A stretch of 64,000 nt of DNA from Planctomycetota bacterium. Its GTDB lineage: Bacteria; Planctomycetota; UBA1135. Every line of letters starts with the position of its first letter. Position 1 is the stretch's first letter. The notes under the pieces are model-generated. The model had not been told where the DNA came from. It did not search any database and saw only the letters and a list, made by a program, of their open reading frames with translations. The stretch spans positions 3,434 to 67,433 of the forward strand of contig JASMMA010000005.1 in NCBI GenBank assembly GCA_030748415.1, given 5' to 3'. The translations under genes and the position numbers were made by a program. Of this stretch, positions 44,809-54,512 are shown one piece after another.

Positions 44809-45603
44809 CTATTCGGCGAAAGGAAAGCCTGGATTCTCCAAACTCACCGTCCAGGCCAAATCTGCTGGGCCATTTTTCAGAAGCGCTCTCTGGAGATTAG
44901 GGCAAGCGACAGTGCTCCCAACTTCTTCCAGGGCCATCATAGATTCAATATCTCGAAGATAAATATCGATTTGGAGGCCCTGCCCTGCCTTTTTGACGGT
45001 TACAAGGTCAAGAGACTCGCCCACTCCGCTCACGAGCTCTTCCGATGGCTGGGAGTGCTCGGCGGTGAGCCCAAGTTTAATGTGGTGAAAACCAAGCTTG
45101 AGCTTTGTTTCACGAAGGGACTTCTTCAGTTTTGCTGAGTCGATTTTGGGGTCGTGGAAAACCCAAATAACTTCGGCTTTACTGTCGGGGTCAAATGCCC
45201 AGATTTTTGACTCGGAGCGAGCCAAATCGCGGAAAGCACGGTGAACTGTGGAGCCGCTCGTTTTGGCAAGCAAAGAGAAAGCAGTTCCGTTCAGGAGGGT
45301 CGCTTTGTAGCCCGACTTTCGGAGCTCCTTTTTGAGAGACTTGGCCAGGGCTTTGGAAGAAAGCTCGGTACGGACAGCCCAAACTTTGCGCTCCTTAGTA
45401 ATCGAGGAGCGAATGGGCTTGCCCACGAACTCGAGCTTCAACTTGGACTGGAGGCGGGAAGTGAGCGCGTCTTCCAATTCGCCGCTGAAATCGCCCTCTA
45501 CGCCCATAAAAAACAGACTCTCCTTGGTTTCAAGGGGGTAAGTCTCCAGGGTGGAGCCCACCATGGGTAGGGCAAGCAGGACGGGAAGCAGTAGCACGGG
45601 CAC
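44809..45603 (-). CDS. exported hypothetical protein
   Basis: It has a GTG start and a hydrophobic N-terminus. It lies 10 nt after the stop of the HD-domain gene. Confidence 0.6.
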   Translation of the reverse strand: MPVLLLPVLLALPMVGSTLETYPLETKESLFFMGVEGDFSGELEDALTSRLQSKLKLEFVGKPIRSSITKERKVWAVRTELSSKALAKSLKKELRKSGYKATLLNGTAFSLLAKTSGSTVHRAFRDLARSESKIWAFDPDSKAEVIWVFHDPKIDSAKLKKSLRETKLKLGFHHIKLGLTAEHSQPSEELVSGVGESLDLVTVKKAGQGLQIDIYLRDIESMMALEEVGSTVACPNLQRALLKNGPADLAWTVSLENPGFPFAE

Positions 45604-45613
45604 TAATAGCTCC

Positions 45614-47026
45614 CTAAACTCCGTGAGTTTCTTTTTTTGTTGCCGAATGCAAGGATTTAACTCCGAGTTTTAGGAGGTTTTTCCCCTCAGGGAACTCGTT
45701 ATCACAGATTTGATTAAGGGTCTGCAGAATCTCAGGATTCTTGGTCAAGGCCAGGACATAAAACTTCCACATTCCTTGGTAGGCATTCTCCAGATCAAGC
45801 AGCCGAGGGACATGATCCCTAAAGTCGTTCAAGGGACGGAGGTCACTCTCGCCAGGCCAGTGAACAAGGAGGCGGGCGGATTTGAGCTGCATATGCCCTG
45901 CCGGGCAGTAGAGCAAGACGGGAACTCGTTCCCCTGTTTGTTCTTCGAGAAGGTCGGACAGGTGCTCCTCGACTCGGCGCCGCTCTTGAGAGGAGCCTGC
46001 GCCGAAAAACCTTTGGATGAGCCCTTCTTGTGCATTGCGGTTTGCGTAGACAGGGTAAACCGCTGCCCGCTTGGGGAGTCGGCGACTCTTGTAAGCATCA
46101 ACAAAAACACGCAGGCGTTTCCCTTCGGGAGAATCTCCTAAGTCTGCGCGGGAAAGAATGGAAAGAAGGCCAGCATCGGTTGTCCGCTGGAGTTGAGGGA
46201 AATCAACCACACCTTCAAGGAGGGCAATTTCAACCGCCTTTGCAATCAAAGCTCCCGATGCAATTTTTGCGTGGTGGTAGTAAACCCGTTCAGAAAAAAA
46301 GTAGCGGGCATCAAAGCAGCGAAGTAACTCACTCAAGATTGCTTCTTTTAAATAGCCGCGACTTTCCAGCTCAACATAAAGACGCTGGGTTCGCCGCTCG
46401 ACTCGGAACATTCCAAAGATACGCGAGTCATACTGGAGATTTAAGCCCGTGAACATTGCATCGCGTGCAAGGTAATCAAGCATGTCGGCATCGATTGTTC
46501 CGGAAACGATTTCGCGCCAATGCGCGGGCGGGCGGTCTGCATCGGCAACGGCATCAGGTGCGAGAATTCCTATCACTTGCTGGCGCACTCCAGTTCGTTC
46601 GAGCTCTTGGCCTAGCTCTGTTTCCAAAGAAAACATGGAAGCAAATCTATCCGGAACATCGTGTCGGGGAAGGAGCCCAGTTTGATCTTCAATATTGTGA
46701 CCAAATGGAAGATGTGTGGCATCGTGAACGAGAGCCGCAAGGCGAATAACTCGTTCTTCGTGGTCATCATAGCCCCCCAACCGACCACCGTTCTGGTCTC
46801 GGGAAGAGTTGATTTCCCGAATCATTTTGCTCGCGAAATGTGCGGTTCCTACCGAATGCTCGAATCGGGAATGTTGCGCCCCCGGGTAAACTAAATAGGC
46901 CGTTCCGAGTTGGCGAATATTTCTCAAGCGCTGCATTTCTGCGGTGTCAAGAATGCGCAACTCTTCAGCTGTTAAAGGGATGTCCCCATGAACGGGGTCG
47001 CGAATAATGTTATCGAAACGAAGCAT
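45614..47026 (-). CDS. HD-domain phosphohydrolase (COG1078 / dNTPase-like)
   Basis: RFEHSVGTAH...LAALVHDATHLPFGH are the HD metal-binding motifs. The protein is 470 aa. Confidence 0.85.
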   Translation of the reverse strand: MLRFDNIIRDPVHGDIPLTAEELRILDTAEMQRLRNIRQLGTAYLVYPGAQHSRFEHSVGTAHFASKMIREINSSRDQNGGRLGGYDDHEERVIRLAALVHDATHLPFGHNIEDQTGLLPRHDVPDRFASMFSLETELGQELERTGVRQQVIGILAPDAVADADRPPAHWREIVSGTIDADMLDYLARDAMFTGLNLQYDSRIFGMFRVERRTQRLYVELESRGYLKEAILSELLRCFDARYFFSERVYYHHAKIASGALIAKAVEIALLEGVVDFPQLQRTTDAGLLSILSRADLGDSPEGKRLRVFVDAYKSRRLPKRAAVYPVYANRNAQEGLIQRFFGAGSSQERRRVEEHLSDLLEEQTGERVPVLLYCPAGHMQLKSARLLVHWPGESDLRPLNDFRDHVPRLLDLENAYQGMWKFYVLALTKNPEILQTLNQICDNEFPEGKNLLKLGVKSLHSATKKETHGV

Positions 47027-47925
47027 TAGTCTTGAGCCTTATCGTTAGGGCCCTTGCGAGCCATGCGAACAAGTTCGTCGCGCTCCTCGCGGGTAAGTGG
47101 GCGCACTCCACCTCGGCGCACGCCTCGAAGGTTTAGATTGCCGATTCGAATTCGTTGAAGCCGTTTTACGCCATGACCGACGCGAGCAAAAAGGCGGCGG
47201 ACTTCGCGGTTTCTACCTTCGCACAAACAAACTTCAACAGTAGTTTGAGATTTTCCTCTGCGGGCGATACGGACGGATTCCGGGACTACTTTTCCAGAGT
47301 CAATCCAGGCACCTTTGCGGAGCTCTTCCAATTCTTCCATTGTGAGAGCACCATTCAGAAGCACACTATATGTTTTTGGAATACCATAACGAGGGTGGGT
47401 CATCATATTTGCGAAATCACCATCGTTTGTGAGGAGGAGGAGGCCTTCGGAATCCTCATCAAGGCGGCCAACGGTAACCACACGGCCAGCCACTAGAGGC
47501 TCAACTAAATCGCAAACGCGCATTCTAGATTCGCGCGGATCGTCGGTGCACAAAACACTCTTGGGCTTGTGGAACAAATAGTAAAGACGACGCACATCTT
47601 TGACGGGCTTTCCGTCAACACAAACAACATCTCCCTCTTGGACTAGGTAGCCGGGTTCGGTCAAAATATTCCCGTTCACTTCAACGGAACATTCACGGAT
47701 GAGGTCGTCGCATTTGCGCCTAGAGGCAACGCCGCGCTCAGAAAGCCAACGGTTAATGCGAACACCCTTCGCGGCGGGTTGGATAATGCCCTCGCTGGGA
47801 ATGTTTTCCCCCGCAACTCGGCCGTGGGCGCGGCGTCGCTCGCCAATTTTTGCCTTTGGCTTCCCTCGGCCCATGTGCCCACTTAGGTGTTTACGGTTCT
47901 TCTTACCTCGGTTCGACTTAGTCAT
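47026..47925 (-). CDS. rluB: 23S rRNA pseudouridine synthase (RluB-like) with S4 domain
   Basis: The N-terminus is basic. S4 is RINRWLSERGVASRRKCD and the catalytic motif is GRLDEDSEGLLLLTNDG. Confidence 0.9.
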   Translation of the reverse strand: MTKSNRGKKNRKHLSGHMGRGKPKAKIGERRRAHGRVAGENIPSEGIIQPAAKGVRINRWLSERGVASRRKCDDLIRECSVEVNGNILTEPGYLVQEGDVVCVDGKPVKDVRRLYYLFHKPKSVLCTDDPRESRMRVCDLVEPLVAGRVVTVGRLDEDSEGLLLLTNDGDFANMMTHPRYGIPKTYSVLLNGALTMEELEELRKGAWIDSGKVVPESVRIARRGKSQTTVEVCLCEGRNREVRRLFARVGHGVKRLQRIRIGNLNLRGVRRGGVRPLTREERDELVRMARKGPNDKAQD

Positions 47926-48923
47926 CGTGCGAATCCTTCAAGGAGTTCGAGTCCATCGTTTCCTGGAATAAATTTGAGGGCATCTAGGGTGCCGGGGACC
48001 AGAAGAACATCGCCAAATTGGATTTCCCTGTCAGGGTATTTTCCTTCAGGGTGGGAAATTTTTCCGGATCCACCTACAACTGAAACAGTTGTAGCGAATC
48101 CAGACAGCTTGTGTGTGTGTTCGCCTGTTATTTTCACGGCAGTCAAATCAAAATACGGGCAATGCCCAAGGGGGGCGGAATCTGCGCCTTCAAAGTGTTC
48201 TCGGAATACTGCCTGGACTGCCTTGCCAGGAGCCAAATGGTGGTCCATAACATCCAGGGCGCGTTCGATATGGAGTTCCCGCATGTGGCCGTTTGAGTCG
48301 GGGCGGTTCCAATCCCAAACGCGATAAGTTACATCGCTAGTTTGCTGGACTTCAATGAGGAGAACGCCCCCCAGAATGGCATGAATTTGCCCGGCAGGAA
48401 TAAAAAGGACATCCCCGCGTTTCACAGGAACTCGATGCAAAAGAGATTCGACTCCTGAAGCGCCAATGGCTTCCCGAAAAGAGGATGGAGTCGTACCCGG
48501 CTCAAGACCGCAAATCACCTCTGCGCCTTCGACGGCGTGCAAGATGTACCAAGCTTCAGTTTTGCCTACTCCTGTTGGAGACTTTGGCCCGTCGGGCGGG
48601 TGGATTTGAACGGATAAATCTTGAGCGGCGTCAATGAACTTGACCAGCAAAGGAAAGCGGCCATGTGGGCCCGAAGTTGAGCGCCCCAAGATTGCAGGTC
48701 CGTGCCGCTCCATAAGTTGGCGGAGAGTAAATCCGTGGCAACTTCCTCCGCGAACGCGAGTTTCGAAACCGGAAACATCGCTTAGCTCCCAAGACTCGCC
48801 AACTGGGGCTCCCGCTTCGGATGAAAGGGAAAACCACTCCTCTAAGCGCGTTCCACCCCACACTTTCCCCTTCGGGATTCGGTCGAACAGCAAAGGTTCA
48901 TAGGGGAGTGGAGGGGCAGCCAC
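47922..48923 (-). CDS. manA: type I mannose-6-phosphate isomerase
   Basis: It has KGKVWGG, GESWELSD and LLVKFIDAAQDLSVQIHP motifs of the cupin fold. Its stop forms an ATGA overlap with rluB. Confidence 0.85.
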   Translation of the reverse strand: MAAPPLPYEPLLFDRIPKGKVWGGTRLEEWFSLSSEAGAPVGESWELSDVSGFETRVRGGSCHGFTLRQLMERHGPAILGRSTSGPHGRFPLLVKFIDAAQDLSVQIHPPDGPKSPTGVGKTEAWYILHAVEGAEVICGLEPGTTPSSFREAIGASGVESLLHRVPVKRGDVLFIPAGQIHAILGGVLLIEVQQTSDVTYRVWDWNRPDSNGHMRELHIERALDVMDHHLAPGKAVQAVFREHFEGADSAPLGHCPYFDLTAVKITGEHTHKLSGFATTVSVVGGSGKISHPEGKYPDREIQFGDVLLVPGTLDALKFIPGNDGLELLEGFAR

Positions 48924-48934
48924 GGCCCCTCAGT

Positions 48935-49375
48935 TTACCAGCGAAACCAAAGTCGGCGCCGGCGGCGGTGCCGGGCCTTGGAATTGGCCAAACCGGTGGT
49001 ATCGAGGTTGTGGGTTGCCTTTGTGGACTCGCCCGCTTTTTGCATAAGTGCCTTCCAGGCTTGGCCGTGGGGGGGAACTTTTGGGCCAAATAGGCGACGA
49101 ACTACCAGGTGGGCAGCTTCATGGATGAGGACATGCTCGACCTGTTCAGGGTGGCGGGCAAGTAGGCGAAGGTTCAACTCCAGAATCATGTCGTCGAGGA
49201 ATGCACGGCCCACTGTTGTACGCAGGCGGGGGTTCCAGCGAACTTCGATGACAGCTCGCAAATCTTCGACATCCCAGAGCTGGAGGACTTCGTCCAGGCG
49301 AGCCCGAAGCCGCTCCTCCGGCCAATCGGCAAGGACCAACTGGACACTGACACAATCGGCTGGGTCACCTTTCAT
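48935..49375 (-). CDS. SprT-like zinc metallopeptidase-fold protein
   Basis: It has the HEAAHLVV (HExxH) motif in a SprT-like context. The start is uncertain, because the first ~12 codons are encoded by the inverted-repeat arm of element E2. Confidence 0.65.
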   Translation of the reverse strand: MKGDPADCVSVQLVLADWPEERLRARLDEVLQLWDVEDLRAVIEVRWNPRLRTTVGRAFLDDMILELNLRLLARHPEQVEHVLIHEAAHLVVRRLFGPKVPPHGQAWKALMQKAGESTKATHNLDTTGLANSKARHRRRRRLWFRW

Positions 49376-49513
49376 TCCAAGCCTAGGTTTTATATGACTT
49401 TAGGAAGGAAAAAGGGGGCAGGCCTAGCCCCTGGACTTTTTTCTTCCCTAGGTCCTTTGCCTGAATGAACTTATCTAAGGTGATGACCCAGCCGATTGTG
49501 TCAGTGTCCAGTT
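49338..49513. repeat. hairpin element E2: perfect 30-bp terminal inverted repeats, 116-bp spacer
   Basis: 49338-49367 (AACTGGACACTGACACAATCGGCTGGGTCA) is the exact reverse complement of 49484-49513. The arms share 25 of 26 core positions with E1. Confidence 0.95.
49409..49431 (-). terminator. intrinsic terminator inside E2 spacer (for rsmD)
   Basis: The GGGGC/GCCCC stem has a 7-nt AGGCCTA loop. On the minus strand it is followed by CTTTTT, and the plus strand also has a T-run 5 nt after the stem. Confidence 0.5.
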
Positions 49514-49558
49514 GCTTCTTTGAGTCGGGTTCTTTTTGCACGGTATTTTGGGTCGGGT

Positions 49559-50119
49559 TCAGTAATGCCACCAATAAAGGGAGGTGGTGCCGTAGTTGCG
49601 TTGGACGAGGCCGGGCAGGTTGTCCATTTCGTTTGAGTTGAGGATGCCGCGGGGGGTGTGGGCGACGGAGCAGCCGCCATGGTTGAGGCGGCGAGAGAGA
49701 TTGCAAAATAATTCCCACACCTCAGCCCTTCGGGGGCCCTTGAAATCTTTATAGGGAGGGTCAAAAAAAACAATGTCGGGGTTCTCCACAGCTGCTTCGC
49801 TTTTGAGAAAACTGTGGGCGTCTATGCGCAAGGTTTGAATCCGCTGCTCATAACCCAATAAATCTGCAGTTTCCCGAAGTTGGCGAATTGCTCGCGGATG
49901 GCCTTCCACCGCAACAACTTCACTCGCGCCACGGGAGAGAGTTTCGAAACCCAAAATCCCTGACCCCGCATAGATATCCCAAACACGGGCCCCAGCCAAG
50001 ATTGGCCTCATGTGATCTAAGACAGCCATGCGCGCCCGCTCCACTAAGGGGCGGGTGGCTTTGACATCAGGTACGGGAAGCTTTCTCCCGCGATGTTCGC
50101 CGGCTGTGATGCGGAGCAT
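49559..50119 (-). CDS. rsmD: 16S rRNA (guanine966-N2)-methyltransferase
   Basis: It starts [14 protein letters not shown] and has [12 protein letters not shown] and FFDPPY motifs. I chose the ATG at 50119. Confidence 0.85.
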   Translation of the reverse strand: MLRITAGEHRGRKLPVPDVKATRPLVERARMAVLDHMRPILAGARVWDIYAGSGILGFETLSRGASEVVAVEGHPRAIRQLRETADLLGYEQRIQTLRIDAHSFLKSEAAVENPDIVFFDPPYKDFKGPRRAEVWELFCNLSRRLNHGGCSVAHTPRGILNSNEMDNLPGLVQRNYGTTSLYWWHY

Positions 50120-50137
50120 ATGCGTAGAATACGCGCG

Positions 50138-50869
50138 ATGCCTCGACTTCATGTCAACATTGACCATGTGGCCACTCTCCGACAAGCGCGAAGAGAGTCT
50201 CAGCCCGACCCAGTTGCTGCCGCAGTTCTGTGTGAGCTGGCCGGCGCCAACGGAATTACCGTTCATCTTCGTGAGGACCGCCGGCACATTCAGGACCGGG
50301 ATTTGCGGGTTTTGAAGGAAACTGTGAAGACAACTCTCAATATGGAGCTTGCCCTCACCGAGGAGATGATTGGGATTGCCCTTGATGTCCTCCCGGATGA
50401 AGTTTGCATCGTTCCGGAAAAGCGGGAAGAGCTTACAACCGAAGGTGGACTGGATGCCGCCGCTTGTTTGGCAGATTTGGAGCGGGAAGTCCCCCGCCTG
50501 CGCGAAGCAGGGATCGCCGTAAGCCTATTTGTGGATCCTGAGCCCAGCGCAATTGAGGCTGCTGCAAAGTGTGGCGCTGATTTTGTTGAGCTCCATACGG
50601 GTTGCTATGCCAACGCAAGTGGTGTTGAAAAAGAAAATGAACTTAAGCGTTTAGATACCTCCGCACGCTACGCACACGAGTTTGGCCTTCGAGTAAATGC
50701 AGGACATGGTCTGGACTATGACAATGTTCAAGCAGTCGCTGCGCTTCCATTCCTTGAAGAGTTGAATATTGGCCATGCCATTATTTCCCGCGCCGTTTTG
50801 ATTGGCCTAGATTCAGCTGTGCGTGAGATGCAAGACCGAATCTTGTCCGCCGACACTTCTGAGGAATGA
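50138..50869 (+). CDS. pdxJ: pyridoxine 5'-phosphate synthase
   Basis: It has [24 protein letters not shown] and NAGHGL motifs. Confidence 0.95.
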   Translation: MPRLHVNIDHVATLRQARRESQPDPVAAAVLCELAGANGITVHLREDRRHIQDRDLRVLKETVKTTLNMELALTEEMIGIALDVLPDEVCIVPEKREELTTEGGLDAAACLADLEREVPRLREAGIAVSLFVDPEPSAIEAAAKCGADFVELHTGCYANASGVEKENELKRLDTSARYAHEFGLRVNAGHGLDYDNVQAVAALPFLEELNIGHAIISRAVLIGLDSAVREMQDRILSADTSEE

Positions 50870-51957
50870 CCTCGGGAAAAACCCTTTTCATCAATGCCCG
50901 TTTCTTAACGGAGCCCATGACGGGATTACAGCGATCGGGAATTGAAATCCTATCCGAGTTGCACGCCATGCTAGACGAGGGCGAGATTGATGCCCAGCAG
51001 TGGCGATTTGTTCTTCTGGCGCCGGACTTTGGTGATGAACTCCCCGACTGGCCGCGGTTTGAATTCAAAGCTGGCGGAATATTTCGGTCGCACTTATGGG
51101 AACAGCTCTCATTGCCAAGATTAGCAAAAGGGCCACTGCTCTGTTTAAAAAACACTGCCCCTATTCGGCATACGCAATTGATTTCAATGATTCATGATGC
51201 CCTCGTCTGGGAGCAACCAGACAGTTATTCTATTTCCTTTGGTCGCCTTTATCGCTTTCTGCTTCCTCGAGTTGCTCGCCGCTCTCGCGTTGTTTTAACT
51301 CCTTCAAAAAATAGTGCGGATTTACTAAGCGAACGGACTTCCGTTCCTAGGAATCGATTTGTTGTTGTCTCGAACGGACACGAACACGCACTGCGGACAA
51401 ATAGTGATACTTCTGTTCTGGAAAAGCACAGTCTGTTCTCCGGGAAATATTTGATTGCTGTTTCGAGTCATATGAAAAACAAAAACTTTTACAACGCTGC
51501 CCGGGCAGTTCGAGAAGCAAAGCTTTCTAATATTCCCCTTGTGGTAGTAGGCGGAGCAAACCCTGAAGTATTTGAAGGCTCCAACGAACTTCCGGACAAC
51601 TGCCGCACCATTGGTAGGGTCGGGGACAGTGCCCTTCGAGCACTCTACGAAAATTCACTAGGGCTCATTTTCCCGTCCTTCCATGAAGGTTTCGGTTTGC
51701 CGCCTCTTGAAGCAATGGCGCTTGGCTGCCCGGTGATTGTTAGCCAAACATCGTCCCTTCCTGAGGTTTGTGGCGATGCCGCCCTCTACTGCAACCCCTC
51801 CGATGTTTCAGACATTGCCCGGCAAGTAAGCCGACTTGCCAATGACCGGGGCTTAGTGGCTGAATTAAAACAGAAAGGACTCGCGCAAGCCAAAAAATTT
51901 AGTTGGCGCACCACTGCCAGAACTGTCTGGAAAGCAGTGGAAGAAAACTTGAGTTAA
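50866..51957 (+). CDS. glycosyltransferase (GT-B, GT4-like)
   Basis: The C-terminus has [25 protein letters not shown], the EX7E motif. It forms an ATGA overlap with pdxJ. Confidence 0.85.
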   Translation: MTSGKTLFINARFLTEPMTGLQRSGIEILSELHAMLDEGEIDAQQWRFVLLAPDFGDELPDWPRFEFKAGGIFRSHLWEQLSLPRLAKGPLLCLKNTAPIRHTQLISMIHDALVWEQPDSYSISFGRLYRFLLPRVARRSRVVLTPSKNSADLLSERTSVPRNRFVVVSNGHEHALRTNSDTSVLEKHSLFSGKYLIAVSSHMKNKNFYNAARAVREAKLSNIPLVVVGGANPEVFEGSNELPDNCRTIGRVGDSALRALYENSLGLIFPSFHEGFGLPPLEAMALGCPVIVSQTSSLPEVCGDAALYCNPSDVSDIARQVSRLANDRGLVAELKQKGLAQAKKFSWRTTARTVWKAVEENLS

Positions 51958-52799
51958 AAGTCGCTCTCGGAGGAATCTGCCCCAGCTGGAACCATCGAAT
52001 TCAGCATGGCATCCATATCCATTACATGAATACCGGGATCAGGCACATACTCAAATAGTTTCTTATCAATTTTTTTCGGGTCAAGAAACTTGGCATTGCT
52101 CATGGACATCTCAATGATGTCCTCTTTTTCATTGCCCATCACAAGTCGATTGGGGAAGGCGGTTTTTTGGTCAAGCTCAGCGCGGAATCGGTCAAGTTCA
52201 ATTCCACCCATGGGTACATTTTCTAAAAACTCATCACTGATATTTCCAGAGATTTTCACAGTTCCGTTTTTAACTGAAAGTTCACAGTCGGTATAGAACT
52301 TGTCGAACATAGTTCGAATTTGGGTGGCCATGTCTGCAGAGCTTCCGGCCCCGGGAAGCCCACCCCCCATTCCGGCAGCGCCCTGCCCCATTTTTTCCAT
52401 TAGTTCAATGGTCATCCGCGAGACAGAACTGATTTTTTCACCTTGGTTTACGGGGTAATCCATCGAGGTGACGGTCCACATCGTTTCGCCATCCATAATC
52501 ATTACTTGTTCGGCTTTCTGGGCACCATTAGGCATCATGGCAGACTCAACCGAGGATTTCGTTGTCATGTGCATATGCCGTTGATCGAGCATAACAATTG
52601 AACCGGAAGCCTTGACTGAAGTACCAACAGCGGCCATGTTGAAGTTAAGAGAGAAGTCATAACTAAGTGGCTTAGCTGTACACTCAGCCATCTTTTCGAC
52701 CCACTCAGAAACGGTTGGGGCCTCTTGGGCAATGGCTGTTGGCGTTCCAACGCAAAAAACTAGTAGAGTTATAAAACTAGATATTATTGAGCGCATCAT
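51954..52799 (-). CDS. exported LolA-like paralog 3, methionine-rich
   Basis: It has a signal peptide and the C-terminal motif KFLDPKKIDKKLFEYVPDPG, shared with the two upstream genes. By my count it has 27 Met in 281 aa. Confidence 0.7.
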   Translation of the reverse strand: MMRSIISSFITLLVFCVGTPTAIAQEAPTVSEWVEKMAECTAKPLSYDFSLNFNMAAVGTSVKASGSIVMLDQRHMHMTTKSSVESAMMPNGAQKAEQVMIMDGETMWTVTSMDYPVNQGEKISSVSRMTIELMEKMGQGAAGMGGGLPGAGSSADMATQIRTMFDKFYTDCELSVKNGTVKISGNISDEFLENVPMGGIELDRFRAELDQKTAFPNRLVMGNEKEDIIEMSMSNAKFLDPKKIDKKLFEYVPDPGIHVMDMDAMLNSMVPAGADSSESDF

Positions 52800-53566
52800 T
52801 TTTTTGAATTTGGGGTGGGGGTTGATGGAAGCGGAGTAGGCTCAGTAAAAACAACGCCCTCAGGCACTTGGTATTCAAAGACTTTCATGTCAAGCTTCTT
52901 CGGATTTAAGAATTTGACATCTGTGTAGTTAAACTGAACCAAGACCTTATGGTAACTTTTAACAACATATGATTTTGGGAAGCCCGTTTTTCTGTCGAGT
53001 CGAACCTCTAGTGTTCTGGGAATTCCACCACGAAAATCGTTAATAAGCCTGCCCTTGGAATCTTCGGAAAACTCACCCGACATGAAAACTTCGGTGTCAC
53101 TCAGCTCGACCGATTCAAAGTCTGCATAGTCGGCAAGCTCCAGGATTCGGTCGGACGGGTGGTGGGTTGTGAATGCCCGCCCCTGCTTGATAGCCATTGC
53201 CTTTAGTTCCGACAGCTTCATTCGGCGAACTTGGGCCTGATTGAACATGTGGTCGTTAGCTTCCATCCACATCCAGGTGCCGTCGCCAACATTAATCATG
53301 CTGCGTTTTGCTGGCTTCTCTAACCCTCCACCTTCAAGAGTGATGTCCATGGTGATTCGAAAATGTAAATCATCCATGTAGGTCAGTTTACCGAAGGAGC
53401 TTTGAGTCGCCCCGTTCAAATCCATTGTCATGGTCTGAGTTACTTCAACAGGACTCTTCTTTGTCGCACGAAGCCTGGACAACCAAGCCTCGGGTGCATC
53501 CTGGCTGAAAGCAACTCCGCTAAGAAGCGTGGTGGCTAGAAAAGCGAGTGGAACCAATCGGGTCAT
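52796..53566 (-). CDS. exported LolA-like paralog 2
   Basis: It has a signal peptide and the C-terminal motif KFLNPKKLDMKVFEYQVPEG. Its stop forms a 4-nt overlap with paralog 3. Confidence 0.7.
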   Translation of the reverse strand: MTRLVPLAFLATTLLSGVAFSQDAPEAWLSRLRATKKSPVEVTQTMTMDLNGATQSSFGKLTYMDDLHFRITMDITLEGGGLEKPAKRSMINVGDGTWMWMEANDHMFNQAQVRRMKLSELKAMAIKQGRAFTTHHPSDRILELADYADFESVELSDTEVFMSGEFSEDSKGRLINDFRGGIPRTLEVRLDRKTGFPKSYVVKSYHKVLVQFNYTDVKFLNPKKLDMKVFEYQVPEGVVFTEPTPLPSTPTPNSKK

Positions 53567-53568
53567 TC

Positions 53569-54408
53569 TTAAAACTCCTCTTCGTAGCCAGGGCTACCCG
53601 ATTCTTGCATTCCCGCACGAATCATCATGGTGACATCCATTGGGAATACGCCTTGGGGTGCCTCGAACACATACTTGCTTTCGTCGAACTCCTCAGGGAA
53701 GGAAACATTCGAGAATGAAAACCCGACCTTGCCCACGCCGCCCAAATCAACGCTAACTTGACGCGGAAAGGAAGTCTTGGAATTGAAATCCATCACAAAG
53801 GAAAGGCTCTCAGGGACATCTTCTCCGGATGCTGCGGCCATATCCAAAAGAGATGTCAAATCGGAGGAAATCCGTGTTGTTGCACCATCGTCAACTTTTG
53901 TTTCTTTGAAGTCAATAGAGCCCAAGAACATTTCAAGTTCCTCAATTCCCATTCCATTCATGGCAATCGCTTCATCAAATCCGCCCTGTTGCTGCATCTC
54001 TTCAAGGACATCTAGGTCAATCTTAAAGGCTTGTGGCGCTGGGAGTTCAGAAGCCTCCATCAGGATAGTTAAAAAGTCGTCATCTCCTACGGCCTGAATG
54101 TGAGCGGAAAGATCTTGGCCGGCGGCGGTCCCAGCAATGTTTAAGTCGAATGCAAACATGCGGGATGAAAAGAAAGAAGCAGTTCCTGTTCCTTGGACTG
54201 TGGCCTCTTCAAGCTCCACATTAAAGGAAAGGTTTGAGTCCCAAGGTTGCTTCAAGGCTTCGACTGCCTTCTTCCAAATAGGAGGAAGGGCGGTCTCGAG
54301 GGCTTCTTGAATCGATGGGGCTTCAGCAGGGGCGGGATCTCTGTCTTGCTGAGCAAAAACAGGAGATGCAAGCAGAAGGAGGGCAGGGAAAAGGGTATGC
54401 ATTTTCAT
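53569..54408 (-). CDS. exported LolA-like paralog 1
   Basis: The ATG at 54408 gives the signal peptide MKMHTLFPALLLLASPVFAQ. The C-terminal motif is SFPEEFDESKYVFEAPQG. Confidence 0.7.
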   Translation of the reverse strand: MKMHTLFPALLLLASPVFAQQDRDPAPAEAPSIQEALETALPPIWKKAVEALKQPWDSNLSFNVELEEATVQGTGTASFFSSRMFAFDLNIAGTAAGQDLSAHIQAVGDDDFLTILMEASELPAPQAFKIDLDVLEEMQQQGGFDEAIAMNGMGIEELEMFLGSIDFKETKVDDGATTRISSDLTSLLDMAAASGEDVPESLSFVMDFNSKTSFPRQVSVDLGGVGKVGFSFSNVSFPEEFDESKYVFEAPQGVFPMDVTMMIRAGMQESGSPGYEEEF

Positions 54409-54512
54409 GGTCTTGGGGAATCTGTTGGGGAGGTATTCTACCGCTACGCAAGAGATGTGCCTTTCTTGGGGTTTTTCCGAAGTATTTTCCACCCTAGACC
54501 GAGAATTCGGCT

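Noticed and set aside
45614-47026. The HD-domain dNTPase-like protein could be an anti-phage dNTP-depletion defence gene.
   Set aside because: It is embedded in and translationally coupled to a housekeeping operon (manA, rluB), and no defence or mobile genes are nearby. A housekeeping COG1078-type phosphohydrolase is the simpler reading.
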